Part shown: positions 26,836-40,650 of the stretch, piece after piece
Layout: each line of letters opens with the position of its first letter
Position numbering within the stretch: the stretch's first letter is position 1
Assembly: GCA_048213135.1 (NCBI GenBank)
Contig: PS015032.1
Span: forward strand, 234,709-275,851
Length of the DNA: 41,143 nt
Origin: Reclinomonas americana ATCC 50394
Lineage: Eukaryota
Direction of reading: 5' to 3'
The notes under the pieces: generated by a model
What the model saw: only the letters and a program-made list of their open reading frames with translations
Databases searched by the model: none
Told to the model about the DNA's origin: nothing
Made by a program: the position numbers and the translations under genes

Positions 26836-29800
26836 ACACTCTCTCACTCTCTCTCTCTCTCTCTGCTCTTTTCTCTTCCCATGTCACGCAACTCTTGGCC
26901 TCCGGGTACTTCTCCAACACCTCAAACATCAGCGACCTGTAAGCGGCCTGGCGTCGATCCGGATCACTCATGTGCGACACATTGGCAAAGTTGCTGCGCG
27001 GCAGAGTGAGGATGGAGAAGAGCTGATTGAAAAGCAGGAAGTCCCAAGGATGCACGCAACTCTCGATCGGCTTGCCAGATGGCGGTCCACACCACCGGAA
27101 TGAGGTCGTCGAACTGTGTGCAGTGCGTGTGAGATGGTGCGCAAATCCACATGACGATAAGCAGAGCGAGGATGAGAGAGGGAAAGAGAGGGAGAGAGGG
27201 CGACAGATGCACACTCACAACGAGTCGAACACTCACAGAAACTCTCTCTCTCTCTCTCTCAACCTACGCATGCAGCCCTAATCGTCTGCTGTACGCTGTA
27301 TCTCTCTCTCTGAATGTGTTTGTCTCAGAGAAAGAAATGAGCGCATGAGCGTTGACGTGTGTGAACGTGAATACGTGCGTGCGTTCGTCTCCCTCTCTCT
27401 CACGCACACCACTTTGTCGCTCTCCTTTCCCCTTTCCCCCCTTCCACTCCTTCCCCCTTCCACACCTGCGGGTCCTGCGACGTGCTATTGCTGATATCCA
27501 ACCGCTCGAGTGCCGTGGCCAGCGCGAGTGCCGGATGATCGGCCACTTCGGCGGCCAGTGCCGTCGACTGACGCCGCCACAACAACGCTCTCCGACACAA
27601 CTCGTCCACCAACTGCGGCAGCGGCAACACGGCCCTCTCCTCCGGCAAGAACGTCTCCTGTGCCTGGATGTGATTCAGCTGCTCCCTTGCACTCTGCACC
27701 ACCAGCGTCTCGCCCGGTGTGACGGCCGGCTCCAGTGCCGCATTCAGTGTGCCACACAGAACCGCCATGGTGAGCTGACGTCGGCTGTATTCCACCGACG
27801 ACTGCACGCGCACACAAGCACAAAAGTGAGTATCACAAGAAAGGCAAATTGCCTACCTCTCATGCTCTCTCTCTCTCTCTCTCGTTTTCATTTGCCTCTG
27901 CTCAAAAGACACCGCATCTCTTCTCACACGACCCACCAAGAGAAACAGCGAGAGGAGTGGCAGCATTGCAGTTCGTGATAGCGAGGAGGTGCTGTCATTG
28001 GTGACGAGAGAGAAAGACAAAGATAGACAGCAGCTTCATTGCGCTGCGAATGCGACCTAGTGGTGCGAGGCGGCCCGCTCCCTCTCTCACTCCTTTCTTC
28101 TCTCGTCCATCCTCTTTCTCTCACTATTTCATCCATGTTCCTGCTCATAATGACACGGTATGTCATCTTGCACACCAACTCTAACACGACACACAGAAGG
28201 ACAGAGGCTGCGTGCTCTTGCTCTCTCTCTCTCTCTTCTTCTCTTTCTCCTCCTCACACTCTTTCCGTCACCAATGAAAAAACCTGCTCACAATCACAAA
28301 CTCCAACGCAGCAACAAGGCCTACCACTCTCCCTTACTCGCTCTTACTCTCCTCTCTTTCTCTCTCGCTCGCTCTCCCTCTCCCTCTCTCCCTTCTCCCC
28401 TCCTCCCTCCCTCATGCTGCGCCGCAACTGTTCCATTTTCCTCCGCCTCCTCACACAAATTCGCCGCCGCCATCGAATACTCGCCGACACCCGCATAGAA
28501 TAGACCCAACAGACGGCGCATCTGCCGGCTGATGAGGAACTGTTCGAGTGAGTCGCGGCACGGCACCAGTGGCTCCATCAGCAGCTTGAAGTATTCTGTG
28601 GACGATGAAATGAGAAGGCTGAAGCGCGCCATTAAGAAAACGGCCACTTGAACGCAACGATTGTCCGCAAACCACTGGAAGAAACGGAACAGCAGCGCCG
28701 TGTCGCCAGACTGCACCGAGTCACCCATGTAGCTGGTCAGGCGAGGCAAGCCATCGTGATCCACCTCGACGCACAGAGTCGCGAGGCCCTCCACATAGCT
28801 GTGCAGCGAAAGCAGGAGGGTGAGCACATTTTGCGCTCTATCTCTTTTCCCCAAAGAGCGACTCACGAGTAGGTCTCGCAAAAACTGTACGCGTACTCGA
28901 GCACTCCGTCGCGGTTGAGCAGTGCGTAGAAATAGCCAAAGCATTCCTCAATGCTGTGCGGGCTCCTGTGCGTGGGGCGGTGAGAACAGGCTGTTGACCA
29001 CACGGTTGGGGGAACGAGACAGACCCTCGTGAGCACTCCACGCGGTACTTGCACAGTCGGTACAACTTTTCCAATCCAACCGCAAACATCTGTGCGAGAG
29101 AGAGTTAGTTTCCGTCTTCACCGCCTTGCCCTCGCGCGCACGCACACAAACCTCCTCATCGACACTGCTCTCCAGGCCCTCATACAGCGTCCGGCAGAGA
29201 CGATGGAGAGAATCCACCATCGCTCGCTGCGACATCCACCGACTCTCGCTACTCAACCACACGCTGCGGAATGCAGCGCTTGCCTCCGGCACCATCTGGT
29301 ACGTGACGTCTTGTGCGTGCCGGAACTCGGCACACGCGTCAAAAATGTGCTGTTGCGCGCGAGTCAGGAAGAGACACACAGAGAAGGAGAGGAGAAGGAA
29401 GAAGAGAAGAAGGAAAAGAGAACAGCAACAACAATAACCACAAGAAGGAGGATGAGGGGGCGGTGGGGAGGAGGAAGACGAACAACAAGGAGGACAAGGA
29501 GAATGATAGCAGACGAGAAATAGAAAGAAGAACATAAACAACAGGTGAATAACAACAACAACAGCAACAAGAAGGGGGATGAGGGGGCGGAGGGAAGACG
29601 AACAACAAGGAGGACAAGGAGAATGATAGCAGAAGAGGAAATAGAATAGAAGAACACAAACAACACGTAAATAATAACAACAACAGCAACAAGGAGGAGG
29701 ATGAGAGGGAGGAAGACGAACAACACGGAGACAAGGAGAATGATAGCAGAAGAGGAAATAGAATAGAAGAACACAAACAACACGTAAATAATAACAACAA

Positions 29801-32800
29801 CAGCAACAAGAAGGAGGATGAGAGGGAGGAAGACGAACAACAAGGAGGACAAGGAAAATGATAGCAGAAGAGGAACAGAAGAGAAGAACATAAACAACAC
29901 GTGAATAACAACAACTGGATGAACAGAAAAAGAGACGACATCATTTTCATCTCTCTCTTCCTTCTCCTTCTCATTCTCTCTCTCTCCTTCTCCCCTATTC
30001 ATCGTCTCCCATCTCTTCCATCTCCTTTCCAGTCTGACTCACCAGCAGCGCAATGTCAACGTCGATCGACTCCTGCAACGACTTGAACGACATGCGAGAC
30101 AGTCGCTCGACAAGCGTATCAATCGCAGTGACTCGTCGGTAGAAAGTGTCCGCATTTGCGCCGGCCTCGAACTGTGCGCTTGTTTCTTGCATGGCGTGCT
30201 CCAGCGCCGTATGTGAGCTGCAGAAACAAAGTGCGCACAAGGTCAGCATGAAAACAAACAGTCAAACCATCAGAACGGACGCACACAGACGCCGGAAAGA
30301 GAGAGACTTGGAGGGAACACACACACACAGGGATACGAAGAGAGACTGCGAGCAGAGACTCCAAAGCACACACAAACAGAAAGACAGTTTCCCCCCTCAC
30401 ACGCACACGCACGCACACACACACACGCACGCACACACACACGCCAGAGAGACAGAGAGAGAGAAAAGAGCGAAGGCGCACGGTGCACCAGAGCGCAAGC
30501 ACGAGCAAGAACACACTCACAGAGAGAGAGAGAGGACATGGGAGATATTAGGGAACGCATGACACACAAAATTCACACACAAACAGAAAGAACGATCACT
30601 CCTCTCAATCTCTTTTACCAGCGAGCGTGCTCAATCTGCGAGAGAGTCCGACTCACCCACAGCAATCTCTCCCCACACACATCTGCATATCCAGTACAAC
30701 CTACACAGCTCCGACAGACGCTCAGACCCTCTCCTGCATTCCACGCTCATTGCCCTTGATCCTCTCTTTCCCGCGTTCTACCTTTCTACTCTCTTGCTTC
30801 CCCCACTCCCTTCCCTCATAACCCTTTCCCTTTCATCCTCCCTTCCCCCAATACCCTCCCCCCTCCTCCCTTCCCCCTAAATACCTCCTCAGCTGCCACT
30901 GATAATCACGCAGTCCAATGGCACCCGCCAACGTCTCGCCGTGCAGATACACCGCATTCAACGTGGCCTGGCTCACCGATCGCGGCAGTTGCGATAGGAA
31001 CTCAATGAACATGCTGTGCTTGGCGGCCTTTTGGTGCAGCGACTCCAAAATCAGCAGCAGGGCCTGCTCCTCCTCTACAAAAACACACAAGTGGGTCAAT
31101 GACAGTCTCGCAGAGTCAGCAAGGAGGCGACTCACCCCTCGTGGAACGGTCACTGATCATTTCGATGCGATCCAACACACGTCCATTGACCATGTGCTCA
31201 CTCGCCAGCTGCACACACTGATCCAGATCACTCGGCAGGTTGAACAAAAGGCGCTCCCAGTTCGGATTCGGCTGCGCACACGCCAATAGTGAGAAACCCC
31301 TCACAGTGGGAAGCGAGGATAGATGCACACACCAGTGACTTGCAGTATTCGTCAAATGCATCCACCAAACGATCCAGCGATCGTCGCTCGGTCACCGCGG
31401 CACGCTGCAAGGTGAGCAAGTGAGAACACGGCACACCTGGAAGTATGAAGCAGGGACACACTGACCTCGGCAGCACTGCTACCAGCCCCCGATGCAGGGC
31501 CGTTGTGGCTCGCTCGCGGTGTTTGCACACTTGAACGCAACGACTCGGCTGTAGGGCAACACGTGAGACGCCCTTCCAGCACATGCAACTTCACACATTA
31601 CACGTACGTGGCTGGTGGACGGCCTCCAGCACGCGAGGGGGCTGCCGCTCCAACAACATGGGTTTGGTCGGCCAGTTGCCACCACCAACAAAGCCACCAG
31701 GCGAGCTGATAGTGTACCGAGCCACGCGCGACGACATGAACTCCTGGCGGCGCCAGTCTGTATGTCAAAAAAGGTTAGCCGACGGCGCCTTGTGCGTGTT
31801 CGAGTGATTGTGTGTGTGTGCATGTGCGTGGCGTGCGCGTGTGTGTTGTGCACTCACTGAATAGTTGCGTAAGAGAAGAAGAGAGTAATGTGAAGAGTTA
31901 AATAGCTATTAGCCGTCTTTCTCTGTGCGAGTGTGTGTGCGTAGTGCTTGCGTGTAAGTGCGTGTCTGACGCGAGGTGCTCACCAACAAGCACAATGCAC
32001 GTGTTAGACATGAGTACGGCCGGGGCTGGGTAGTGCGGCGCCGAGAGCAGAGCCGCCGGTTGCAACACAGGGTCGTAGATGTCAGTCTGCGACGCACACG
32101 AGGTGAGAAGAAACTCACTTGCACCTGACATCCACCATCCACACGCACATTTTCCTGGTGATGCACGATCACAGTGCCGCGCACGCGATACTTGCTGCCG
32201 CTCGCCGTGCCCACTTCCAGTGAAATGACGGCCACCTCCAGTGCCGTGTCGAGATTGTAGGCCAGCAGAATGCCAACGAGATCGTCGCTGCAATCGTGGG
32301 GTGAGTGAATGTGAAAAAGGAAACGGCCGGAAAGAAACACAACACAACTTGAGCCACGCCATGTCGAGCACGGCCAGCTCACTTGGTGAGCGATCGGCGA
32401 GTGCCAGCCGCGCCAGCTCTTCCACCGCGAGCTCCCATTGGAACTGCGTCACGCACAAGGTGTCAGAACAAGACTGGAGACGGACGCAATGGAGAGATGC
32501 CAACCTTGGGTGGCTGCGACGTTTGCAAATCCCATTTCTCCAAGTAACGCTGGCTGAGAACGAGCAATGACCTGCCTCGACCGCACTTTGAGTGAACAAA
32601 GAAACAGAAAGAGCGAAAAAACAGGCACACACCTCAAATCGGCATCACGACGGAGGGCGGGAAGCAAACGGCGCACGGGGCCACCGTCGACACGCACGCG
32701 CTTCTTCTTGCCCGACCAGGGGGTGAGGAAGGGAAGCACACGCTGTGGGACAGCACCATCGTCAGCAAAGAGCGACAGAAGGAAAGGGTCGCCGTACGCA

Positions 32801-33428
32801 TTACCTGCACAATGCTCGGACTCTTCTCCGCCAGCAGTGTGCGGAAGTGCGACCGCACCGCATTCGGCACCTCCACTTGCACGAACGCGCCGTCGGACAA
32901 GCCGACAACAATGCCACACGGCTGCGCGCGCGCGCGTGTCAATAACAGCCAAGTCGCGACGGGGGGACTTGACACACACGAACCTCACACGACACAATCG
33001 CGCAGCAATCCTGCCGCGTGTCGAGCAAGTCGGCCAGACCGACGCTCCAAAACTCCACGCGCTCCGGGTCCAGCACGTCGGGCCACAATCGCATGGCACC
33101 ACTCGGGTCCACATACACCAGGCCGCCCGCCTCCGACACGGCCGACACGGCGGCACCCATGGGCAGGAACGCCAGTCGCGACGAGTGAACGTGCTCGTCG
33201 GCGTCAAACACCAGCGGGCGGGAGGACTGTGGCGATGCAAGGATGAATGGATGGATGTCTCTCTGCTGAAGGGGGAGGGAAGAGACGCACCTCCTGATCG
33301 CGATGCCAGAGCATGAATTGTGAGGAGGCTGGTGAGGCCACGGCGCACACTGGATCGTCGCCGGCAAAGAGGACCGAGGCGTGGGCTGCGAGGTAAGGCA
33401 GGAAGAGGGTGAGGGATGAGCAAGAAGA

Positions 33429-33468
<40 letters not shown>

Positions 33469-34599
33469 GGAGGAGGAGGAGGAGGAGGAGAGAAGAGAAC
33501 ACGAAGGCGACGACGACGTACGTACGAACGAACGACGTACGACGACGAGAGACGACGACGACGTAGAGTACGACGACGAGACGACGACGGACGACGACGA
33601 CGAAGCGAGCGACGAAGGAGANNNNNNNNNNNNNNNNNNNNGAGAGAGAGAGAGAAAGAGAACGCAAGGCGAATGCCCCCATCTGCCAATGGTAATGAGA
33701 GACAGCAAGCAGACATTGAGACTGCACCAGCGAGATACAATACGACGCGCAGCATCAGATGCAGCAGAAACAGAGAGAGCGTGTGTGAGAGAGACGCTAC
33801 TTGTCAAAGTTCAAGACGCGTCAGCAACTCGTGCGATACCAAGTGAAGTCAATCGGCGTGTACAGAGGCAGAAAACTCGCGACAAGCACCCTCGAAATGC
33901 ATGCGCTCACAAACACGTAAGACAGAGTGTGAGAGAGAGAGAAAACAACGACAATATGACACGACTGTGTGCACAAAACAACAGCAAGAAGAGAGCAGAC
34001 AACAACAACAAGAGAAAAACAGCTGCGCAGCAAGAAGAAAGCGAGCAGACGGTCAGTCACCCCGTTGAGGACTACAAAACGCAAGAGAGAAAGAATGAGA
34101 CAAGAGAACAACAACACAAGCAGAGAGTGAGAGAGAAGACCACAACGAGCGAGAGAGGAGACAGTCTCAGAGACAAGAGAATGCAAGACGCACAATGCAC
34201 AATGCAGACCACTCGAAATGCATGCACCCACTCCTCTCCCCTTCCTCCCTCCTTCTCCCCCTTCCACTCACCATCCACCCTCAACACACTCTGCACCGCC
34301 ACCGGCGGCACCGCCACCACACTCCCCGCACTCACACCCGCCACGGCCGCCACCGGCGTCGCCCCCACACCCACCATCGCCACACCCTTCACCACCGACA
34401 CCGGCGTCCTCCACTCTCCATCCTCATCCTCCTCATCATCATCCAACGCCGGCATCACACGCACAGGCGTCACCGGCGTCAACGGCTGCTGCTGCGACAC
34501 ACGCACACCACCACTTGCCGACGACAAACTCGGCGGCGCCTGTCGCACACGCGACGACGCAAGAAACGCACGCGGCGTGCGATCCACACTTCTGCGCAT
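25813..34599 (-). CDS. NUP133: Nucleoporin Nup133 (about 24 exons)
   Basis: Disordered N-terminus MRRSVDRTPR, then a beta-propeller-like region (SLLVLSQRYLEKWDL). Further segments LLILESLHQKAAKHSMFIEFL..HGETLAGAIGLRDYQ, DTFYRRVTAIDTL and FCETYSYVEGLATLC...RLTSYM..FRFFQWF resemble Nup133 (LEDKMKAH, EHAEKL, DVFFREVSQ, AEKYCDF). Continuous GT-AG exon chain to TAA at 25813. Confidence 0.85.
26020..26620. repeat. Degenerate intronic repeat array (GATGAAGAAACTGACAG core)
   Basis: The core recurs at ~26051, 26122, 26175, 26414, 26493 and 26575. Confidence 0.75.
29440..29915. repeat. Intronic tandem repeat, ~118-120-bp unit x4
   Basis: GGAAGACGAACAACA.GGAG.ACAAGGA.AATGATAGCAGA at ~29473, 29593, 29711 and 29829. 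Confidence 0.9.
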
Positions 34600-34792
34600 G
34601 GCAAACACAAAAGTCACTGAAGGGAAATTTCGCGCGCTTTGTCTTTCGTTTGGTTCAGCGCGCGCCGTCGTCGTCGTCGTCAACGTATATACGGTAGCAT
34701 TACGCGCGCATCGCGGTGGGATTGTGGGCCAGCTTTTCGTTGTTCCAGTCTGCATTGGCGCGCGTCGTCGTGTGTGTGCAACGTAGTGGGAA
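34600..34792. promoter_or_regulatory. Putative bidirectional promoter between Nup133 and TSAUCER
   Basis: Divergent ATGs at 34599 (-) and 34793 (+) are 193 bp apart. The region contains several CGCG motifs, including TTTCGCGCG. Confidence 0.55.
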
Positions 34793-35053
34793 ATGGCCGA
34801 CTTGCCACGGCGGTCTCTGGACCGGCGGTCTGTTGACGGGTGGGGCTCTGTGGGAGGCGGCTCGTGGGGGTCGATGGGTGGTGGTGGTGGGAGTGGTGGC
34901 AGTGCGTCGTCGTCGTCGGGTGCCTTGTCGGCGGTGATGGGGGATTTGCCGAGTGCGGTGGGTGCGTCGGGTGCGGCTGGTGCGGCGGCGGCGGGGACGG
35001 GTGGGACGGCGGTGGGCGGGCAGGCGGGGGCAGGTGCGGATTGAGTCGGTCAT

Positions 35054-35084
<31 letters not shown>

Positions 35085-35590
35085 GGATCAGTCGGTGCTC
35101 TTGTTGGAGAATGCAGTGGTCTCACACTTGCACTGGTGTGCAGTCACTCGCTCTGTTGTTCTGTCTCTCTTGCTCATATAGATAGACACACGCGCACACA
35201 CTCTTCTCTCTCTCTCTCTCTCTCTCTTCTCTCTTCTCTTCACTTGCAGAGGCCGCATGCTCGCACTATCTCCCACTCTCACACTCACGCACTCTTGCAC
35301 ACATTGAGAGACAACATGTTCTGTCTCCCTTGCTCATGTAGACAGACTCTCTGTCCCTCTCTTCTCTCTTACCCGTGATGTGCGTTTCAGAGACAGCATG
35401 CTCTCACTTACTCTCTCACACTCACGCACTGTTGCACACATTGAACTCCACTTTGCAAGTGTGCAAAGGCAGCATGCTTCTACTCACTCGCTCGGTTGTT
35501 CTGTCTCTCTTGCTCACACACGCATACATGCACGTCGAACGCCGCGATGTGCGTGTGCAGAGACAGCCTGTCTCCACTCACTTGTTTATT

Positions 35591-35635
<45 letters not shown>

Positions 35636-38600
35636 TCGCCACGACGTGTTTATTCAGAGTCAACCTGCTTCCGCTCACTTGCTTCTCTCTCTCGCTCTCT
35701 TTCACTCTCTTACCCTCTTTCACAAACACAGACACACGCACACACACTCCTGCACTCACGCGCAGCTTGCGTCCAGCCTCTCCCTTGCCCCTTCTCTATC
35801 CCTCTCTCTTTCGGCGTTGCCTCTCCCTTTGCTCTTCCTTCTCCCTGCGCCCTCACCCTTACCCTTCTCCATTTCCCTCCCCCCGCTTCAGGCTCTCCAG
35901 GCGTCGTCGTTGGAGGCGGCAAGGAGGGACCCGGGTTGCCGCTGTGTTTCCCACTGGTGATGGAGTTGCCGGCGTACGGCGATGTATTGCGTGCTGCACG
36001 CGAGGCTGTCGGCTTGCGCAAGAGGGTAGACCAGGCGCTGTCGAGGTGCGTGTGAGGTGATGGAGAAGGCAGCAAGGAAGTACAGGGGCGACTCACTGTG
36101 CGGCGTTGCAGCTTGTCGTTTTACCGGTTGGATGACGACGGTGTGCGGTGGTTGACACCAGGTGAGCCTCCACTCCGCACAGCATTATGTGTGTTGCTGC
36201 GCAGCACTCGTAGTTGGCAGGAGTTAGCTGCTCAATCTCTTTTTTCAAAGAGCGAGCGCGCTACACAGCATGTTTTTTCTCTTGCGTTCGCACTGAGGCA
36301 GCTGCTCAATGTTCTCTTTTCAAAAGAGAGTCAGGGCGTAGCCGTCACTCTGCACATTATTATTTGTTGTTGTTCGCACTGAGGCATTCATGGTTGGGAG
36401 AAGCAAGCTGCTCAATCTTTCTTTTCAAGTAGAGCGAGCGTGCAACACAGATTTGTTATTTGATCTTGTGCATTTGCCCTGCATCAATTGTAGCCGGGAG
36501 AAGTTTGCTGTTCTCTTCTCTTTCTCAATAGAGAGTCAGGGCGCAGCCTTCACTCCGTGCAGCATATTTTATTCTTGCGCAGTCTTACTGAGGCTACTGC
36601 TCTCTTCTCTTCTTTTCAAGGAGAGCGAGCGCGCAACCTTGACTCAACACAGTATATTTGTAGTTGTGCCTCCAAACTATGGCACTCATGGTTGGGAGAA
36701 GTTAGCTGCTCAATCTTTCTTTTCAAGTAGAGCGAGCGTGCAGCCCTCTGCACTTTATTATGTATAGGCATTTATGGTTGGGAGAAGTTAGCTGCTCAAT
36801 CTCCTCTTTTCAGAGAGAACGAGCGCTTGCGCGCTCGCTCTCATTCTCAATCTATTCTTCGTGTCGCTCTTGTCGCCCTTCTCTTCCCCCTTTTCCTCAC
36901 CCCCTTTCCCCCTGTACCCCTTCCCCCTTTACTTCTCCCCTTGCAGTGCTGCTCAGTGACAGCACCACTGTCCTCCGCCTGGTCACCTTCCTCATGGGCC
37001 AAGTGGACGGCTCGTCGGTGGAGGCCGACGTGATGGCCCCCGCCTTTATGCAGCTCATGACGCTGTCGACGCAATCGCTGCAGCACCAGGCGGCCGCCAT
37101 GCTGACCATGCTCAATGCGGTATCGTCGGGCGCAAATCCCACTCCGCTCTACAACATGGTGCTGCCGGTGCTGACGGCAGNNNNNNNNNNNNNNNNNNNN
37201 NNNNNNNNNNNNNNNNNNNNNNNNNNNNNNNNNNNNNNNNNNNNNNNNNNNNNNNNNNNNNNNNNNNNNNNNNNNNNNNNNGGAAGGGAAGAGAAAGGGG
37301 GAGCGAAGGAGGAAGAGGAAGGGGGAAGAGCAAAAAGGGAGAAGGGCGAAGAGGAATAAGGAAGGGGGCGAAAATGAGAATAAATAGACGCTTGGACAAC
37401 GAACGAGGAAGGAAAAGAAACAACTTGCATGTGTGAGCAACCGGGTCACTTGCAACGCAACTCCCCATCGGCTGGGCTCCGTGATGGCCGTCAACGGAGC
37501 TTCGGGTGAGCACATGGCTCGCACGGCAGCCACAAAGACGCGATTCGTCTCGTCCTGTGCCAGCATGTGTAGAATGTCTTGCGCCATGGTCTTGATGTTG
37601 GCTGTGCCAGCAAGTCGGGTGAGCCGAAAATAGAAAGAACGCGAGACAAGGAGACACACTGCCACTCCCCGCACCTGCCGTGGGATACGCGTACGCGGCT
37701 AATTGCGCGAGGCTCGCCAGGTAGACACGGCTGTTGACGTCCTCCATCAGCGGGTTGCTGTTCTTCTTCTTCTTCTTCGTGGCCTCGTCCTTCAACTCCA
37801 ACATCCATCGGTGCATGGGTGGCACCGAATCCGACAGGAAGCGAACCATTTGGTCGACCGAGTAGCTGCTGGCCAGCGAGCAGATGCTCTGAATGGCGAA
37901 GCGCACGCTGAGCGTGTCGCGGCACTCCACCGACTTGACAATGTGCGGCACCATTGGTGACAGGTCGACTTGTGGGTGCACGAGGGTGCGGCTGGCCACG
38001 GCGCTGAGCGCCAGCGCGTGCACCAGGCTCTTGACGGTGACGTTGCCGCTGGAGGAGAAGAAGCCCTTCTTCGCCGAGTTGTCTTTGAGGTAGTCGGNNN
38101 NNNNNNNNNNNNNNNNNTCTTCCCCCTTCCTCTTCCCCCTTCCTCTTCCCCCCTTCCTCTTCCCCCTTCCTCTCCCCTTCTCAACCTCTCTTCCTCTCAC
38201 CCCTTCCTCTTCCCTCTTCTCTCTTTTCCCTTCTGTCTTCTCCCTTCTCCCTTCTCCCTTCCCCCTTCCCCCTTCCCCCCTTCTCACTTCCCCATTCGGC
38301 AGGCCGCATCCTCTCGACCCTCCACCTCGCAACCATGCGTGCTGGATATTGTGGCTACCAAGTCGTCGGACATTTTGCGTTCAAGAATGCAAATGCACAA
38401 TCACGCCGTGTTGAAGTTGTGCGCGCAAGTGGCCAAGGCGTGCATCACCAAGTGCGCACCGCTGGACTGGCCGGTGATGCCCACCGGAGCGTTTGTGGAG
38501 AATACCGCACCGGCAGCGCCAGTGGCGGTTGTCGTGACTCCCGAGCCGGCGTCGGGGTCGGGATCGGGCGCCGCCGCTCCCGCCGGCTCTGGCAACTTTT

Positions 38601-40559
38601 TCGATGACCTCTTTGCCGCCGGCGATTTGGCAGTCAGCCGCACTTCAAATGCCGGCGGCTCGTCACGTGGTGGTGGTGGTGGCGGTGGTGGTGGTCTTGG
38701 AGCCAGTTCATCGTCGGGCACGTCGGGCAGCGGTGGTCGGGGAGCGTTGGTGCGTGGCCTTTTTGTCTTTTTATGCTTATCACATTCTTGTCACTCACGA
38801 GTGAGTGTGTGTGTGCGCGCAGCGGTCCATGTGCGAGTCGCGACTGGGCGAGCAACTGGCTGGCAAACTGAGCATCTTGACCGAGATCACGAGGCCACTG
38901 CTTGACGTGGCCGACATTCACGTGCGCCTGCAAGCGATTGTGGCGCACTGCTGGCTGTCCGACACGCGCGATCTCTTCATTCTCATTCAGGATCGCGTGG
39001 CGCGCGAGGTACCCACCACACCCGGCTGGGACCAGTGTCATGTGGACGGTGCGTGATGTTTGTATGCTCTGTGAGGTTGACCACTAGCTCAATCACTGTG
39101 TGGAGCAGAGATCCTGGTGGCGCTGCGTGAGCGATCGCGCGCTCAACTGGATGTGTTGCCGTTCCTGTTGGAGACCATTGTGCTGTGCCATGCGCGCGCC
39201 TCGCCGCACTGCTTGTTGGATTCGTTGAGTACGTTTTTGAAGGTGAACCAGGGCCGACCAGTGTTGCAGGTTTGTTTTCACAGAACCACCGCCGTTTCTT
39301 GCTCGCAACTTGCGCTGACGTTTACGGCTCGCCGCAGACCGTATACCACATTCTCGATCAGCCCCGCGCTGAACAGGACTCGCAAATGGCCGCCGACCAC
39401 ACGGCCGTCGTCGAGGCTCTGTGCTGGTTCCTGGGAGAGCACGCCAACGAGCTGGCCGACGTGATTACCGATGAGGAGCCACCAAATGCCGTGATGAATG
39501 CGAAACCCACCAAGACCACATTCTCTGCGCCACCAATCCTGGTATGTGTGTGTTTTTACCGTTGATGACGACGATTGGTGCATATACTCACGTGCTTGAC
39601 AGAAAACGCACGACGAGCACCCATCGCGCCTTCTCGACGTCAAGAACGGCTGCCTGAAGAGCATTCTCTTGCGTCTGGAGCAGGCCGCCACGTTTTCGCC
39701 GCTGGAGGTGCGTTGTTTTTTTTCACATTATTTTATTCCACTCCCGTCGTCTCACATGCGTTGGTCTGTTGCAGATTCGGTGTACATGCGTGCAGGCACT
39801 AGCCAAGATCGCGCTGCGCTCTCCAGATCCAGTCCGACTGCACGTGTACGAGTTCCTCCTGCTGCTCTCTGTTGGTACGCACTGGAGGAGAAGAGGGAGA
39901 GAGAGCTTAAGAAGAAGATGAATGCTCACCCTGCTCGTCACAGATTCCTTCCTGGGGCTGACGGCATACACGCTACCGGTGCTGCGACTGCTCGACGACA
40001 TTTACGCATTCCAGAGCAGACTGCTGGCCGCCGAGGTACGCATGCATGATCGATGTGAGCAGATTTGGTTGTTGGTGTTGTTTGCTTACCTTCCGCCTTC
40101 GTGTGTTTGTGTTTGTGTGCTGCTTTTTCTTTCTGTTTCTCCCTTCTCCTTCCCCCTTATCTCTTCTCCCTTCTCTCTTCCCCTTCACTTCCCCTTTGCT
40201 TCCCTTTCGCTTTCCCTTGCGCTTCCCCTTCGCTTCCTCTTCGCTTCCCCTTCGCTTCCCCTTCGTCTTCCCCCTCTTCGCTCCCCCTTCGTTTGCCCTC
40301 GTCTCCTGTCGTTTCCCCTCGTCTCCTGCCGTTTCCTCCCTTCCCCTTCCGTCCCTTCTCTTCCCCATTCTCTCGTCCCCCTTTCTTCCCCTTTTCCTTC
40401 CCCCTTCGCTTCCCCCCATAGTTCAAGGAGAACAAGGCCCAGGAAATGGCCGAACTCGCACGACTTCACGAACACCTGGTGGAGCGCGTCTCGTTCTACG
40501 CCGATGTGCCGCACGACTTTAGCATTCTCGGTCGCGCCTCTGCGCATCTGGTGCGATGA
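34793..40559 (+). CDS. TASH3: TSET/TPLATE complex large subunit TSAUCER (TASH3/TstB homolog), with no C-terminal SH3; internal exons lie inverted at 37462-38097
   Basis: The spliced C-terminus LEQAATFSPLE/IRCTCVQALAKIALRSPDPVRLHVYEFL..DSFLGLTAYTLPVLRLLDDIYAFQ../..LARLHEHLVERVSFY..SILGRASAHLV parallels plant TASH3 as I recall it (EVRIVAAQAL..IRSGEPFRLQIYEFL..PMLKVLDEMY..HERLL). Also contains ALCWFLGEHAN. Recognised from memory, not by search. Confidence 0.8.
36200..36830. repeat. Degenerate intronic repeat array
   Basis: GGTTGGGAGAAG.(T/A)AGCTGCTCAATCT...TTTTCAAG.AGAGCGAGCG at ~36212, 36392, 36690 and 36776. Confidence 0.8.
37462..38097 (-). CDS. Two internal TSAUCER exons on a contig that appears inverted between N gaps
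   Basis: DYLKDNSAKKGFF...CRDTLSVRFAIQSICSLA...MEDVNSRVYLASLA..YPTA/ANIKTMAQDILHMLAQDETNRVFVAAVRAM resembles the TASH3 mid-region (DPVAVRHAL, LHDVLARVSLA, LLLDPSERVCFEA). Phases fit the flanking + strand exons if the segment is flipped. Confidence 0.8.
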
Positions 40560-40650
40560 GAGGTGTGGCGTTGCAGAGAAAACGCAAGTGACAGTGAAAA
40601 CTTTACGAAGTCAATGATGTCCTCTCCTTCACTCTCATCATCTCATCACA

